Assembly: GCA_020891255.1 (NCBI GenBank)
Contig: BQFW01000009.1
Coordinates: 806,001-870,000 of the forward strand
Reading direction: 5' to 3'
DNA: 64,000 bases
Source: Entomortierella parvispora E1425
Taxonomy: Eukaryota > Fungi > Mortierellomycota
Part shown: piece after piece, positions 1 to 10,942 of the stretch
How the letters are laid out: each line of letters begins with the position of its first letter
Numbering within the stretch: position 1 is the stretch's first letter
Program-made: the position numbers and the translations under genes
The notes under the pieces: model-generated
Seen by the model: the letters and a program-made list of their open reading frames with translations, nothing else
The model's database searches: none
Told to the model about the DNA's origin: nothing

Positions 1-582
1 CCAATTGCCTCGATCATCAAAACTAGAGTCAAAGGGCCAAGTTGGTGGCGGAAATACTCCAGCACAGCTCTTTGGCCAAAGCCACATTCCACAGGTCAAA
101 GTGAGAAACTGGCAGACCGGGAAGTGTCACTTTGGAGACGCGACACAGCGCCGCGAGGGTCAACGGCGCAGTGGCTGACAAAGTGCATGCGCAAGGCGAG
201 GATGACGGCTGGGCCGGAGCGGCCAAGAAGAGCAAGCCAGCAAGAAAAGAGCAGCGGCAGCGGCAAAGCCCCAGGGCCGAGTAAAAAGCCAATAGGATTT
301 TTCAGCGAGCCAAAAAATAGCCGCGAAGAACCCGGCCCGCATCACGTGGCAGCTGTCAAAGTGCCGATCGGCATTTTTTTTTTTTTGGACTGCAGGCACT
401 CCCTTTGCTCGACCCTTTGCACCCCCTTCCTCCTTACTTCGTTCTCTTCACTTTCCTCTTCCCACTCTCTCCACTCTCCACTCTCCACTCTCCACTCTCT
501 ACACCTGTTCTCTCCTCACCTCATCTCCCATTCAAACCCCATACCTCGGTTTCATCAATTCCCCCCCCCCCCCCAACTCAAA

Positions 583-1722
583 ATGTCCGCAGACGTCTCC
601 GCCCTTCAACTCTCCCCGTCTCCAGCTGCCACCGGTCGCCTCGACATTGTCTTCAGCCAAGCGCCCACTCACATGCGATGGATTGAATCCACCACTGAAT
701 GTCGCCACATTGAAGCTCTCTACCTCCTCGTCGACGACGCTCGCGACGCTCATATCAAGCAGCTCCTTGCCTGCTTCCCTACCCTGACAGAACGAAACCG
801 TGTGGTCCGTTATGCCAACGTCAAACTCGATCAGAACTTCCCCGGATCTCAGTGTCGGTTCCCAGACCACCGGGACCCCCATCGAACCCGCCCTCCATTT
901 GGTCAATTGATCCGTGTCGAAACTCGATTCACAGCCCTGGGAAACACCTCCTTGACGTTTCAGCACCGTTTTTTGACTGTGCCCAAGTCGCAGGCCAATC
1001 GGGATTTTAACAACCGGAACGAGGATCATTTGTACAGCCAGTTGGAAGAAGGCGACGAGCCCGAGCGGGTCTTTGCCAGTGCTGAGGGAGGGATTGTGTG
1101 CATCAAGTGGCAGACGGACGAGAAGGGCTTCCGATTCTTCAGACCGACCCCAGGCATCTTTTCGCATGGAAACCTTCGTCAGACCCTGGTGGCGCCCTCG
1201 GTCGTTAATTTTCTGCGATCAGAGGCACCGGAAAGGAGAGCGATTGGATCGGCGAGACCCAAGAATGCGTTCAGGGTTGAGATTCATCTCCGAAAATCAG
1301 ACGAGGATGAGCTGGGACATGTTACCAACTCGAGATATGTTTCGTTGGTCCACGATGTGCTCACCTTTGGATTGAGGACTGGATACTATGCCAACGGATC
1401 AGGAGCACAAAGGACGCAACTGGACTTGCCCGTGGATCCTGAACATCAGATGGTGCCTCCCTCCTCCGCGGTCGCCGTCCCCGCTGGATCGGCTTTTTAC
1501 AAGAAGGGCAAGGTCTTCGAGTTGTACACGGGTTATGAGCGCGAGTTGAAGGTCAAACCCGAGGTCTATGTCTGGAGTTGGGTCGAGCCTACGAGGATTG
1601 GGGGTGAGTTTGATGTGATTCGATTCGAGATCTGCTCCACGGATGCTCAAGGTCAGGAGCAGATTGTGTCGTTGTGCAGGACCATTATTCATGATGATAC
1701 CCAACTGCAAGCGTCGTTGTAA
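583..1722 (+). CDS. Double hot-dog fold acyl-CoA thioesterase-like protein (379 aa, apparently intronless)
   Basis: The first ATG after a pyrimidine-rich leader is at 583, in frame with track ORF 124-1722. The C-terminal half has the thioesterase motif LRKSDEDELGHVTNSRYVSLVHD. The N-terminal half has a degenerate copy (MRWIES...HIEALYLLVDDAR) and the typical IRVETRFTALGNTSLTFQHRF strand. Confidence 0.75.
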   Translation: MSADVSALQLSPSPAATGRLDIVFSQAPTHMRWIESTTECRHIEALYLLVDDARDAHIKQLLACFPTLTERNRVVRYANVKLDQNFPGSQCRFPDHRDPHRTRPPFGQLIRVETRFTALGNTSLTFQHRFLTVPKSQANRDFNNRNEDHLYSQLEEGDEPERVFASAEGGIVCIKWQTDEKGFRFFRPTPGIFSHGNLRQTLVAPSVVNFLRSEAPERRAIGSARPKNAFRVEIHLRKSDEDELGHVTNSRYVSLVHDVLTFGLRTGYYANGSGAQRTQLDLPVDPEHQMVPPSSAVAVPAGSAFYKKGKVFELYTGYERELKVKPEVYVWSWVEPTRIGGEFDVIRFEICSTDAQGQEQIVSLCRTIIHDDTQLQASL

Positions 1723-4701
1723 AACAGAAGAAAAAAGAAAAAAAGAACAAAAAAAAGGGAAAGATTGGGCCAACAAAGCTCGGAAGATATAGAAACAGGA
1801 AACACTCGCATCTCGTAGAAACAGCATCTTTATAAAATCTACCTACTTGTAACCTTGAGAACTGTGGCACCAGCTATGGTGAAGCATCATGATATCAAAG
1901 TGTAGCTGGGGATATTCTCATTATGTACGGTCGACAGATCGTGTGGAGGCGGTGGGAAAGTTTTATGGTCATCTCCATTGCAGACTCCATGGTGAAAGCA
2001 CGAATCATAACCTCACTTTGCATGAACCATTGAGTCATTGACACCAGGAATAGAACGCCTGAGAGGTAGGGGGCACACATTCTGGTATCTTTCAACCACG
2101 CAGTAATGACTCGGAGTAAACACTTGTCTTCATTCTTGGCCTGTAACATATGAAAGACAGTGTGGTCAACTTGCGGTCAATGTCGTTGATTGCGGTCTAC
2201 AATGGATTGCTGTGTAGGACGTGACAGAGTCCAGAACTGAATCTACCAAAGATAGATATCATTGAGTGTTCACCTGATAGCAAAGCAAATGCACTGGAAG
2301 AGGTACCCCTTTGTACTATAGTATAGTACAGTACAATTGACAACTTCAATTGGAAAACCTGACATTGATCTGTGCGCACTGCCGATCTTATTCTGGCACC
2401 ACCTTTGGCTCCATCGTCGTACTTGACATAGAAATCTTCACATCAGCATGCTTCAACCACAAAAGTGCTTTGAGTGAGTACGGACCCTTAATAGGCCATT
2501 TGTCATGTTGCAATTGCAATGTGAGGGCTGTGTTCCCACGGAAGAGTCTGTCCTGCATGATCTTTGACCCTGCGTTCAGCAGTGTTGACAGTGGGGATTG
2601 CCAAGTCAATGCTTCCTCTCTTTTAGCTTTCATTGGGGAAAACATGATTCAGGGGTAAGTGAACATCCAAAGCGCGCCACCAATTCAGTGCTCTCGCTGA
2701 TCGGCCCGACTCTCAGGACCCTTCCCCATCCTCTCCCATCTTTCATTATCTGCCTCCCAGGAATAAAGGAGATGTCTGCGCGTATGAAGGGATGATTGAT
2801 GATCTACTTGCATGACTACAACATATCTTTCGTTTACAAAAATAACGACTAAAAAAAAAAAAAAAAAAAAAAAAAACAAGGTAGCGCTCGTGCTCCAATC
2901 ATGCAACGTGAGTTGAAGCCACTTGTACCTTGTGTCCAAGACGAACAAGGGTTGATCGCCAGTTTTTTTTTTGCTTTGTTTTGTTTTTTGCTTGTTGTTG
3001 TTGGGCGAGGTGGAAGGAAAGATTTGTTGCCCTCATGGCACGAGGTGGGCCGATTTATTTTTGCAAGGACAAAACAAAAAGATCTCATGCAAGGCATTTT
3101 TTTCCTTTTTCTTTTTCTTTTTTTGTTGGATCCATGCATGGGTTGGCACAAAAACGAGGGAAAAGAACGCTAGGGTAGAATGATCATGTCAGCATGGATT
3201 GCTTCGAGAGCCAGGGTGGAAGTGTCCGGTGCACGTACCTAGCCCCGTCCAAATTGACTACCACAAGCTGGAGGATCCCGACACATCCCTGCCTGAAATC
3301 TTGCACAAACCAACCAAAGCCGTCGAGCTCAATTGGAAGGTGAAAAGTTGGGAAGGGTAAGAGGACTAAGAGAACGGAGCAGTAAAAGGAAGTGTTTACG
3401 GTAGGTGAGGGATATTGGGATCAAATCGAATCAAGGCCGAACCACTTTGCTTCGGCAGTTGCTAGGGGGTATCAAGGGGGTTGCACCAATCGTCATGATT
3501 GGAACAGAAGGATGGGCGGACGAACAAGCAAGCCGTTGCTGAAATGATGATGCCTGCAGCGGCAGGGGAACGTCAGAGAGTAGAAGGAGCGGGACAAGGA
3601 AATGAACGACAAGGTGAGGATATCATTCAACGATGGGTCTCGCCAGGAGAAGAGTCCTCGTTTGCAGGGCGCATCCTCGCCAGCGCTATCAACGCAGCGC
3701 AACGTGTCAGGGAAGAGTCGTCTGGCCTGTGCTCTGCTGCAGGAAAAGACGAGCAGGTGGCACACAGCCAAAACAAAAAAAAAATACAAAAAAAAACAAA
3801 GCAACGGGTTGGGGAATGAGCAGCCAACCATGGAGGGCCATGCATGCTTTAGCGTGTTCGTTCGCTCGTCGATGGAGTCGGGGATGGAGGAAGAAGCGAG
3901 GGAAGCGAGGGAACTGGCCTGCGCTTTGTTTCCTTTGATGCAGTCTGGCTGCACCAGCAGCAACGGCGCCACTCCCGGGCAGCTGACATACCCCAGACGG
4001 ACATGGACCATGCACACAAGGCATGCATGGGTGCTTGCTTACCCATGCCACATCATCCCATGGCCATGCCCCGCGCCAGCGAGAGAGAGCGAGCGAGGAG
4101 AATTTTTCTCACTTTCTCCCCCTCTCCTCTCTCTCGCTCTCTCTTGTTTTTGTTTTTGTTTTCCATTCCTACTCCTCCCCCCATCCTCTGCTCCATCCAT
4201 ACTTTTGTACCCTGCTTTCAGTCTTATTTTTTTTGGTACCATTGGCAACTTTTTTTTTTTGAGATCGCTAATCCATTCTCTCCGCCTTCCCAACCCGTCG
4301 TTCAATGAGCGCTTTCGTTCCCTGGCTCTCTCCTTCTTGACCAACCCTTCTTTCTTCCCACCCTTCTCTTGCCGTGCTCACTTTTACGTTTGACTATCGA
4401 ATCGACGCGCGCGTGCTTTTCTTCCCAACTGGCCCCCTGCCGTTTTCCCTATCCAGACGACTTCATCGCCCATAGTCCACACAGGGAGCAAAAGGAAAAC
4501 AAAAAAACAGAACAGCATAGCAAGCAACAAGGTCTTCCTTGCCATCTACCCGCTCGCTCCTCACCGACCCCGGATTCCCGCCAAAAGAAGCATAGCTGTC
4601 CACCGACAGACAGGACTCTTTTCCATAAAAAAAGGACCGGGAATAGACAAGACTGTCAGACGCGTCAAGAGAGTGGTCAGAGAGACAGATAGAACCAATC
4701 G

Positions 4702-7429
4702 ATGATGAACAACGCCAGCTCATCCGCTTCGTCCTCCTCCTCGACGTCTGCAGCTTCATCTCCGTATACATACATGCCCTTCTCGGCCACATCCTCCACC
4801 CCTAACGCGCCCGCGTCCCAGATGACATCCCCTGGCTCAGCTGCAGCTCAAGCAGCTATTCATATCCACGGACTTCGACAAGAACACTTGGACCATGTCG
4901 GCTCTGGTGGTGGCTCACCCTCCGCTCAATTGTCAGCCATGCACCCGTCCCTGCGCCCCTCTGCTTCTCCGTCAGGATCGTCACCCTCTTCTATCAGCGT
5001 GAGCCTCGGTGGAATCGGAAGTACCCCTACCGCCTCTGTGAACCAGCACCATCACTCATTGAACGGAAACGGCAATAGCAACGGCAATGGCCACCCCAGC
5101 AATGGCCTCCCCCCTATCAACACAGACATGCTGGCCAACTTTAGCTCCATGCTGCCTTCGCCACAACCTTCCTCCCAGCTGTCTTCGTCTGCTTCTGCAG
5201 GCTCAGTTTTGCCCACGACTCCGCCCCAAACAGCAGACTTGGACACGATCCTTGCTATGTATGCTGGACAGCCCGAGCTCTTGAAGTTGATCATTGCGTC
5301 AAAGACAGAGGAAGATCGACGATGGGCCGAGGAAGCACGATTCAAGATGATGGATCTGATGATGCGTGAGAATCGAGGCATGCCGCTCATGACTGGCTAT
5401 GAAGGGCTGTTGGCTCCTAGCGGAACGCCAACGTCAGGCGCAGGAGCAACAGGGGCCGACCCGGGAACAGCCGCTGGAACACCAGCGATATCAACAACCA
5501 CAGCAGGTCCGCCCGCCAGTGGTGTCACCACTACAGTGGTTGGGAGCAATAGCGTCCTGTTAGCGAGTCTGGGCATGAACAGTTCGACCAAGCGCTATAT
5601 GGATGATGATGACGAGGGCTTGGATCAGCAAACACCTGGAACGACAGGATCGGGCGCTGGAAACGCTTCACGAGGTCCAGTCCTGGCGACTTCTGGTCTT
5701 GGGAACGGACCCTCTGGCCAAGGAGACCTGCCTCACCCAGGACTGTCGCGCAAGCGGTCAGTGACTTTTGCCCGTGAGGTGCACTCTTCTGGTCACTTGA
5801 GATCCCAGTCCATGTCTTCGATGCCCTCAGGAACCGGATCTTCGGTTCAAATGGGTGTCCTGTCGATGATGCCCCTGAATGGATCTACCCAGTCTTTGGC
5901 ATCACAGCCGCCGCCACCACCCCAGTCAATGGAGCACCACTCCCAACTACAGCAGCATCAGGGTCTACCACCTCCTCTCCAGCAGCACACAAACGGTTTG
6001 TCGATGCAACAGCAATACCAGCAGCATCAGTTCCAGCAGCAGCAGCAACAACAACAGCAACAATTTCAGCAGCAAGCCCCACACCTTTCTCATCATAACA
6101 TGCCACCACAGCCGCCACAGCATCAATTGCATTCACAGAATCAACAGTTGCCACCCCAGTTTGGCCAATACCCGCCAATGTTCTCCTACCATGGCACTCT
6201 ACCCAATTTGCCGTCCCAGCAGATTCGACGAACCAGCTCGTTATCCCATCTCTCTCAGTTTGCCCAAAACTCACACATGGTCGGGTCATCAGAGCAGCAG
6301 CAGCGACTGGCCGCAGGACGATCTAGGAACTTTGGTGCAACATCACACAGGGCAATAGACGATAGTGGTGAGTGTGGGTTGTCGCTTTGCTCGGTGCCAA
6401 TGTACCCTTTTGTTGAGGAATACGTATTTTTTTTTTGGTATTGAGTTGACTAACATTCTCAATGCTGCTGTGCGCATAGATGACGATGAATCCGATGATG
6501 ATGATTATGGCGACCATCCGGTAATGGGTTTGGGCAACTCGAGTCGTCCAGGATCATCACTGGGTATGAACAATACCTTGGGAGGAACTGGGGAGGTATC
6601 GATCACGCACGAGTTCTCGGACATGCTGTCTGGATCATCTGGTCTTGGTGGCGGAGGCGGAGGAGGGCACCATGGACATGGCCATAGTCATAGTCACGGT
6701 GGTGGACCCTTTGGTGGTGCATCCCATCATCAGATGTTCCAGACACATCAACAGCCCCCAGCATACCCCAACCTCTCGCAGCAGCAGCAGCAACAGCATC
6801 ACCAACAGTACTCTGCCTCTTCGCCATCTTCGTCAACTTCTTCGACGGCTTCCAATTCCATGGCAATCTTATCAACCCTGCATGCAGGACTCGGCACAGT
6901 TGTGAACTCCAACGTATTCAATACGGGCGTGGTGTCACCGAACGTGACATTGGTGCGGTCTTCATCTGCGGGAGGCCGAACATCATCGCAGGTAGCAGCT
7001 TCGGATTCAGATCCGAAAAAGAAGCGTAAAAGGCGCGAGATGCAGCCAGTGAACCAGATCATTGAGACCTTTGAGCCGCACGTGGATCAGTACTTGTGGA
7101 AGAACAATGGCAACACAATTCAAAAGAAGACGAAATGCAAGAGTATTTATTACAAATGTTCCAACAGCGGAGGAGGATGCACTGTAAGTTCCAAGTTGGT
7201 TTTAACCTCTGGACTCTTCCCCTCAGATAGGATTCTAATATTGTACTATTTATTTTATCTCATGGACCCCTAGGTCAACAAGACTGTAACAGAGAAAGAG
7301 GGCGGTGGATTTATCACAAAGTACAGGGGCCACCATTTGCCAGACTGCATCAACTTCAAACGGGCACAAATGGCCGTTCAGGCTGCGCAGGCTGCTCAGA
7401 ATGCTTATACGTTAGAGAAAGAGCAGTAG
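4702..7429 (+). CDS. WRKY-like transcription factor of the fungal WKNNGNT type; exons 4702-6367, 6480-7183, 7274-7429
   Basis: GT-AG introns at 6368-6479 (gtgagt...gactaac...catag) and 7184-7273 (gtaagt...tag) join in frame. The spliced C-terminus is KKKRKRR (NLS) then YLWKNNGNTIQKKTKCKSIYYKCSNSGGGCTVNKTVTEKEGGGFITKYRGHHLPDC. The N-terminus is long and S/Q/G-rich. Confidence 0.85.
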
Positions 7430-8027
7430 CCATGCATTGATGGGTCAACGCCCTTGACCTCTCTGTCGCCTTTTTTGCATCACGACTCGACCGAAAATTT
7501 CATTTCGACTTTATGGACGTATCCACAAGACAAAAAGATTCCACAACCCCCTCATACCTTTGGTTCTCTCACAAACCAAGTCATTTCACAACTGCCACAT
7601 CTCAGCCCACCCTCCTCTTTTTTTCCCTCACGACCGGTCTACCATCATGTCCTAGTCATCTTTGCTTTCTTCTTGTTTATTTATATTCTCTGAAAAAGTG
7701 ACCAAGACGCGAGAAGAAAGTAGAAAGAAGGAAAACGTCTGTTCTCTTTTCTACCTGCTTTTACGACCGTTCACAAACAGACCTTGTTCATGAAAGTCGT
7801 CCGGAGCGACAAAAAGAGATATCCGATCAAAAGTACCTTGTATAAACCAAATTGATTCTACAGTATTTGTTTCCAATTACGAATCCCTCCCCTTCCTCTT
7901 TTTTTCTGGAGGGGTGTGTTGAAGTCAAGTTTGCTCCGCATTTTTGAGATTGATCGACCCACAATCAGTCATTTCGTCTTGTGGAATGAAAAAAATGCCT
8001 TTTTTTAATGTTGGAACGATGAAGGAT

Positions 8028-8772
8028 TTAATCTGACGATGATGTCGAACTGGTCACTGCTGCGGTCGAGTCTCGGATATCCTTGTAATTGACCCTGTAG
8101 CCCTTCTTGGCTGCGTTCTCCTCGTCCAAGGCGATTCTCTCCTCCCCTAAAAAAACAAAAAGAAAAAAAATGTAAAAAGAGCCCAGAATAAATGTCAGAT
8201 CCATGGTTTTTGAGAAATCCATGCTCTATCTCGGCATGTCTCCTTCTGTAAAGTTTTCCGACACCATGGCCAGCAACAACAAACGGCGTAGAAAAAAAAT
8301 CTCCTCTTCCCTTCCCGTACACACCATATTTCCTCTTTCCTCTTTCCCTTTTCCTTCCTTCTCTGTTTCCGAAATGATCCGTCTTCCAACTTACATGACA
8401 ACCCTGTCTTTGTAGGGATAGTCTCTGAAGGAACAGCTTGGACTCTCCGACGGAGGTAAATATCGTTCTTGGTCACGGTGTAGAAAGACGCACTCGCTAG
8501 CGAAAATGTACAAAAAGAAATAGAGGTCAATATAGCTTAATCTACCGTATCCTGAAGAGCTCGGATGAAGAAGACTGTTGCCGCTTTAAAACTTACCAAC
8601 AGTCAGGACAGCCCTTTTATATCGATTGATTGAGAGAATATGTTAGAAAATGGTAAGTGTGCGGTGCTTGAAGGACCTGTCTCCTTCCGGGGAAACCCTT
8701 GCGTGTGGCGTAAGTAAAGAATTACCATGTGATCATGACGTGAGAGGGCTTGCTGAGATTGAGACGAGGCAT
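8028..8772 (-). CDS. Small single-TM protein (94 aa), possibly DUF4748-like; exons 8772-8726, 8613-8597, 8496-8395, 8146-8028
   Basis: Hand-spliced with canonical GT-AG sites and a ctaac branch point; exon lengths 47+17+102+119=285 nt keep the frame. Product: MPRLNLSKPSHVMITWAVLTVASASFYTVTKNDIYLRRRVQAVPSETIPTKTGLSWEERIALDEENAAKKGYRVNYKDIRDSTAAVTSSTSSSD. The family call is from remembered resemblance only. Confidence 0.7.
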
Positions 8773-9091
8773 GATGTTACAGTGAATGAACTGAGTATGA
8801 TGGGGATATAGAGTAGGCGTGGATTAATAGATGCGAATGGAGATGAAGAGATAAATAGGTGTCTGCGATGCCGTACCTGTGCATGCATCCGAAGCTCGGG
8901 TCATCGAACTTTGGTGGCGCATTGTTGCTGTCACGTTTTCTTTATTTCCAATCATTCTTGGAAATAAAGGTAGCGTTGGGCTGGGGCGATTTTTTTTTTT
9001 TGACGCCCATGTCCACAATCCCCTGTGTTCCTTTCTTAAGACTGCAACTAAACTTCTATTTCCTTCTTCCCACCCTCATCCTTTCTCCATC

Positions 9092-10153
9092 ATGGCAAGC
9101 ATACAGCGTGCCGCTTTTTCTCGTCTTTCCAGTCTATCGAGACTCGCTCTATCTTCCCCTTCGTCACAGCTCTCAGGACGCCTTCACACACAGCTTGTTC
9201 CCCTCACCATAGGCCACACATATCAGAGAGGTTCGCTACTCATCCGTCAGGGCCAAGCCCCCTTTCAGTGCACATCTCAACGCCCATTTTCATCACAAAA
9301 ATCCACCAATGAGGCTCCAGAAACCGAGATCGAGAAACGGTTGAGGGAGGCCCACCAAGGAGACATCCTGGCTCAATTTAATCTAGGATACGCCTATCTT
9401 CAAGGCGAGGGTGTTCCTCGGGATCTTTCCAAGGCTCTTGAATGGTTCTTGAAATCCGCCAACCAAGGGTTTGCACTTGCCCAGTTCAACTTGGGCAATA
9501 TGTACCGCATGGGCGAGGGCACGCCCCAGGACAACCATCTGGCCTTGGAGTGGTATTTGAAGGCTGGCGAACAAGGATATGCTAGGGCTCAATGTAACCT
9601 TGGCAACATGTACAGTGGTGGCCACGGTGTTCAACAGGACATAGCGAAAGGTTTGGAATGGTATTTAAAGGCTGCCGAACAAGGAGACCAGCATGCGCAG
9701 TGTAATATTGGTCATATGTACAACAAGGGCGAGGTTGTACCGAAGGACGACGGTAAGGCTGGAGAATGGTACTTGAAATCCGCCAAACAGGGTTATGCGA
9801 ATGCGCAGTACCATGTGGGTCTTCAACACGCTTATGGACTGGGAGTTCCGAGGGATTATACCAAAGCAAGGGAATGGTACTTGATGGCCGCCGAGCAGGG
9901 AGACCCCAACGCTCAGTGCAACCTTGGGTCTATGTATTATAATGGTCAAGGCGTGCCACGGGACTTTACCATTGCCGTAGAGTGGGGTTTGAAAGCTGCC
10001 AACCAAGGACATGCGATAGCTCAATTTAACGTGGGCAACATGTACCTACAGGGTACCGGTGTTTCACGGGACAAGTCCAAGGCCTTGGAGTGGTACTTGA
10101 AGGCAGCTAGTCAAGGACTTGTTCCAGCACAGGAGAAGGCCAGCAAGATGTGA
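9092..10153 (+). CDS. Sel1-like repeat (SLR) protein with N-terminal mitochondrial presequence-like leader
   Basis: About seven tandem 36-aa repeats (AQFNLGxMYxxGxGVxxDxxKALEWYLKAAxQG). ATG 9092 begins an R/S/L-rich, nearly acid-free leader (MASIQRAAFSRLSSLSRL...RPFSSQK). Intronless. Confidence 0.9.
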   Translation: MASIQRAAFSRLSSLSRLALSSPSSQLSGRLHTQLVPLTIGHTYQRGSLLIRQGQAPFQCTSQRPFSSQKSTNEAPETEIEKRLREAHQGDILAQFNLGYAYLQGEGVPRDLSKALEWFLKSANQGFALAQFNLGNMYRMGEGTPQDNHLALEWYLKAGEQGYARAQCNLGNMYSGGHGVQQDIAKGLEWYLKAAEQGDQHAQCNIGHMYNKGEVVPKDDGKAGEWYLKSAKQGYANAQYHVGLQHAYGLGVPRDYTKAREWYLMAAEQGDPNAQCNLGSMYYNGQGVPRDFTIAVEWGLKAANQGHAIAQFNVGNMYLQGTGVSRDKSKALEWYLKAASQGLVPAQEKASKM

Positions 10154-10942
10154 GGAGGTGAGAAGGGGATATGAGAGCAAGCGCTGCGCCTATTCGGCTG
10201 CTGTCGTAGATAATAAATCGGGGTTCCCATTCGGGTCTTCCTCTTTTTTTTTTTTGCATCACTCACGGAAGAGGAACGCGAACGACGCTATCGCGATCTT
10301 GGCGTCGGCTGAGCAAAGGTGAGGACAGGCGCGCAGACGTAGGGTGCATATATATATATGTGTGTGTGTGTGGTATCTGCGTATGTCGAAGAATCGAGCG
10401 GTCAGGAGAAGGGTGGGAACAGTCGCAGTCTGTGTCCACACCCTGTTTCTGTCGATGATCGGTCCCCTTCGACTCTTTTTTTTTTTCCTTTTAGGAAGGG
10501 CTTGTCTCTTCTTGGTCCCGCACGGCTCGTTCTTTCAGTTCCACATTCCTCTCTTTCTTCTTCTCCTACCTCGCCCCTCTGTTGTCACCAGCAACAAAAA
10601 AACACAAACCAAAAAGATATTATTATCTGGCACCCAGTCTCGCGTGAGGGACCTGCCCACAGTGGGGCAATCGAGCCCTACTATTCCTCACCCTTCGAGC
10701 CTTGCCCCTCTCTTGTCTGAGAATTCGTTCTTTCTATCGTTTCTCCTTTCGGCATCTTCTATTCTTGCTGTTGTTGTCGCTTTTTTTTTTTTTTTTTTTG
10801 CTGTGCCGTTGTTGTCCTCCTTCTTCTTTCAGAGAGCAAGTGATCATAGGATCCAAGTTGCAATCTGCATCTTTTTCTTTTTTTTTTTCACTTCTTCCTT
10901 TCATTTCTCTTTTTCAACGTCAGACGTCTGCCCACAACAGCC

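Noticed and set aside
124-582. N-terminal 153-aa extension of the thioesterase ORF
   Set aside because: It starts at GTG and runs through T-runs, C-runs and CT-rich leader sequence; the ATG at 583 is the plausible start.
1880-2700. Possible spliced gene or relic (Cys-rich ORF 2350-2658 ending at a gtaagt; minus-strand acceptor near 2141)
   Set aside because: I could not assemble a consistent reading frame or recognise a domain on either strand; left uncalled.
3493-4700. Cluster of overlapping 70-260-aa ORFs upstream of the WRKY gene
   Set aside because: These are low-complexity purine/pyrimidine tracts typical of promoter and 5' UTR DNA, with no protein motifs.
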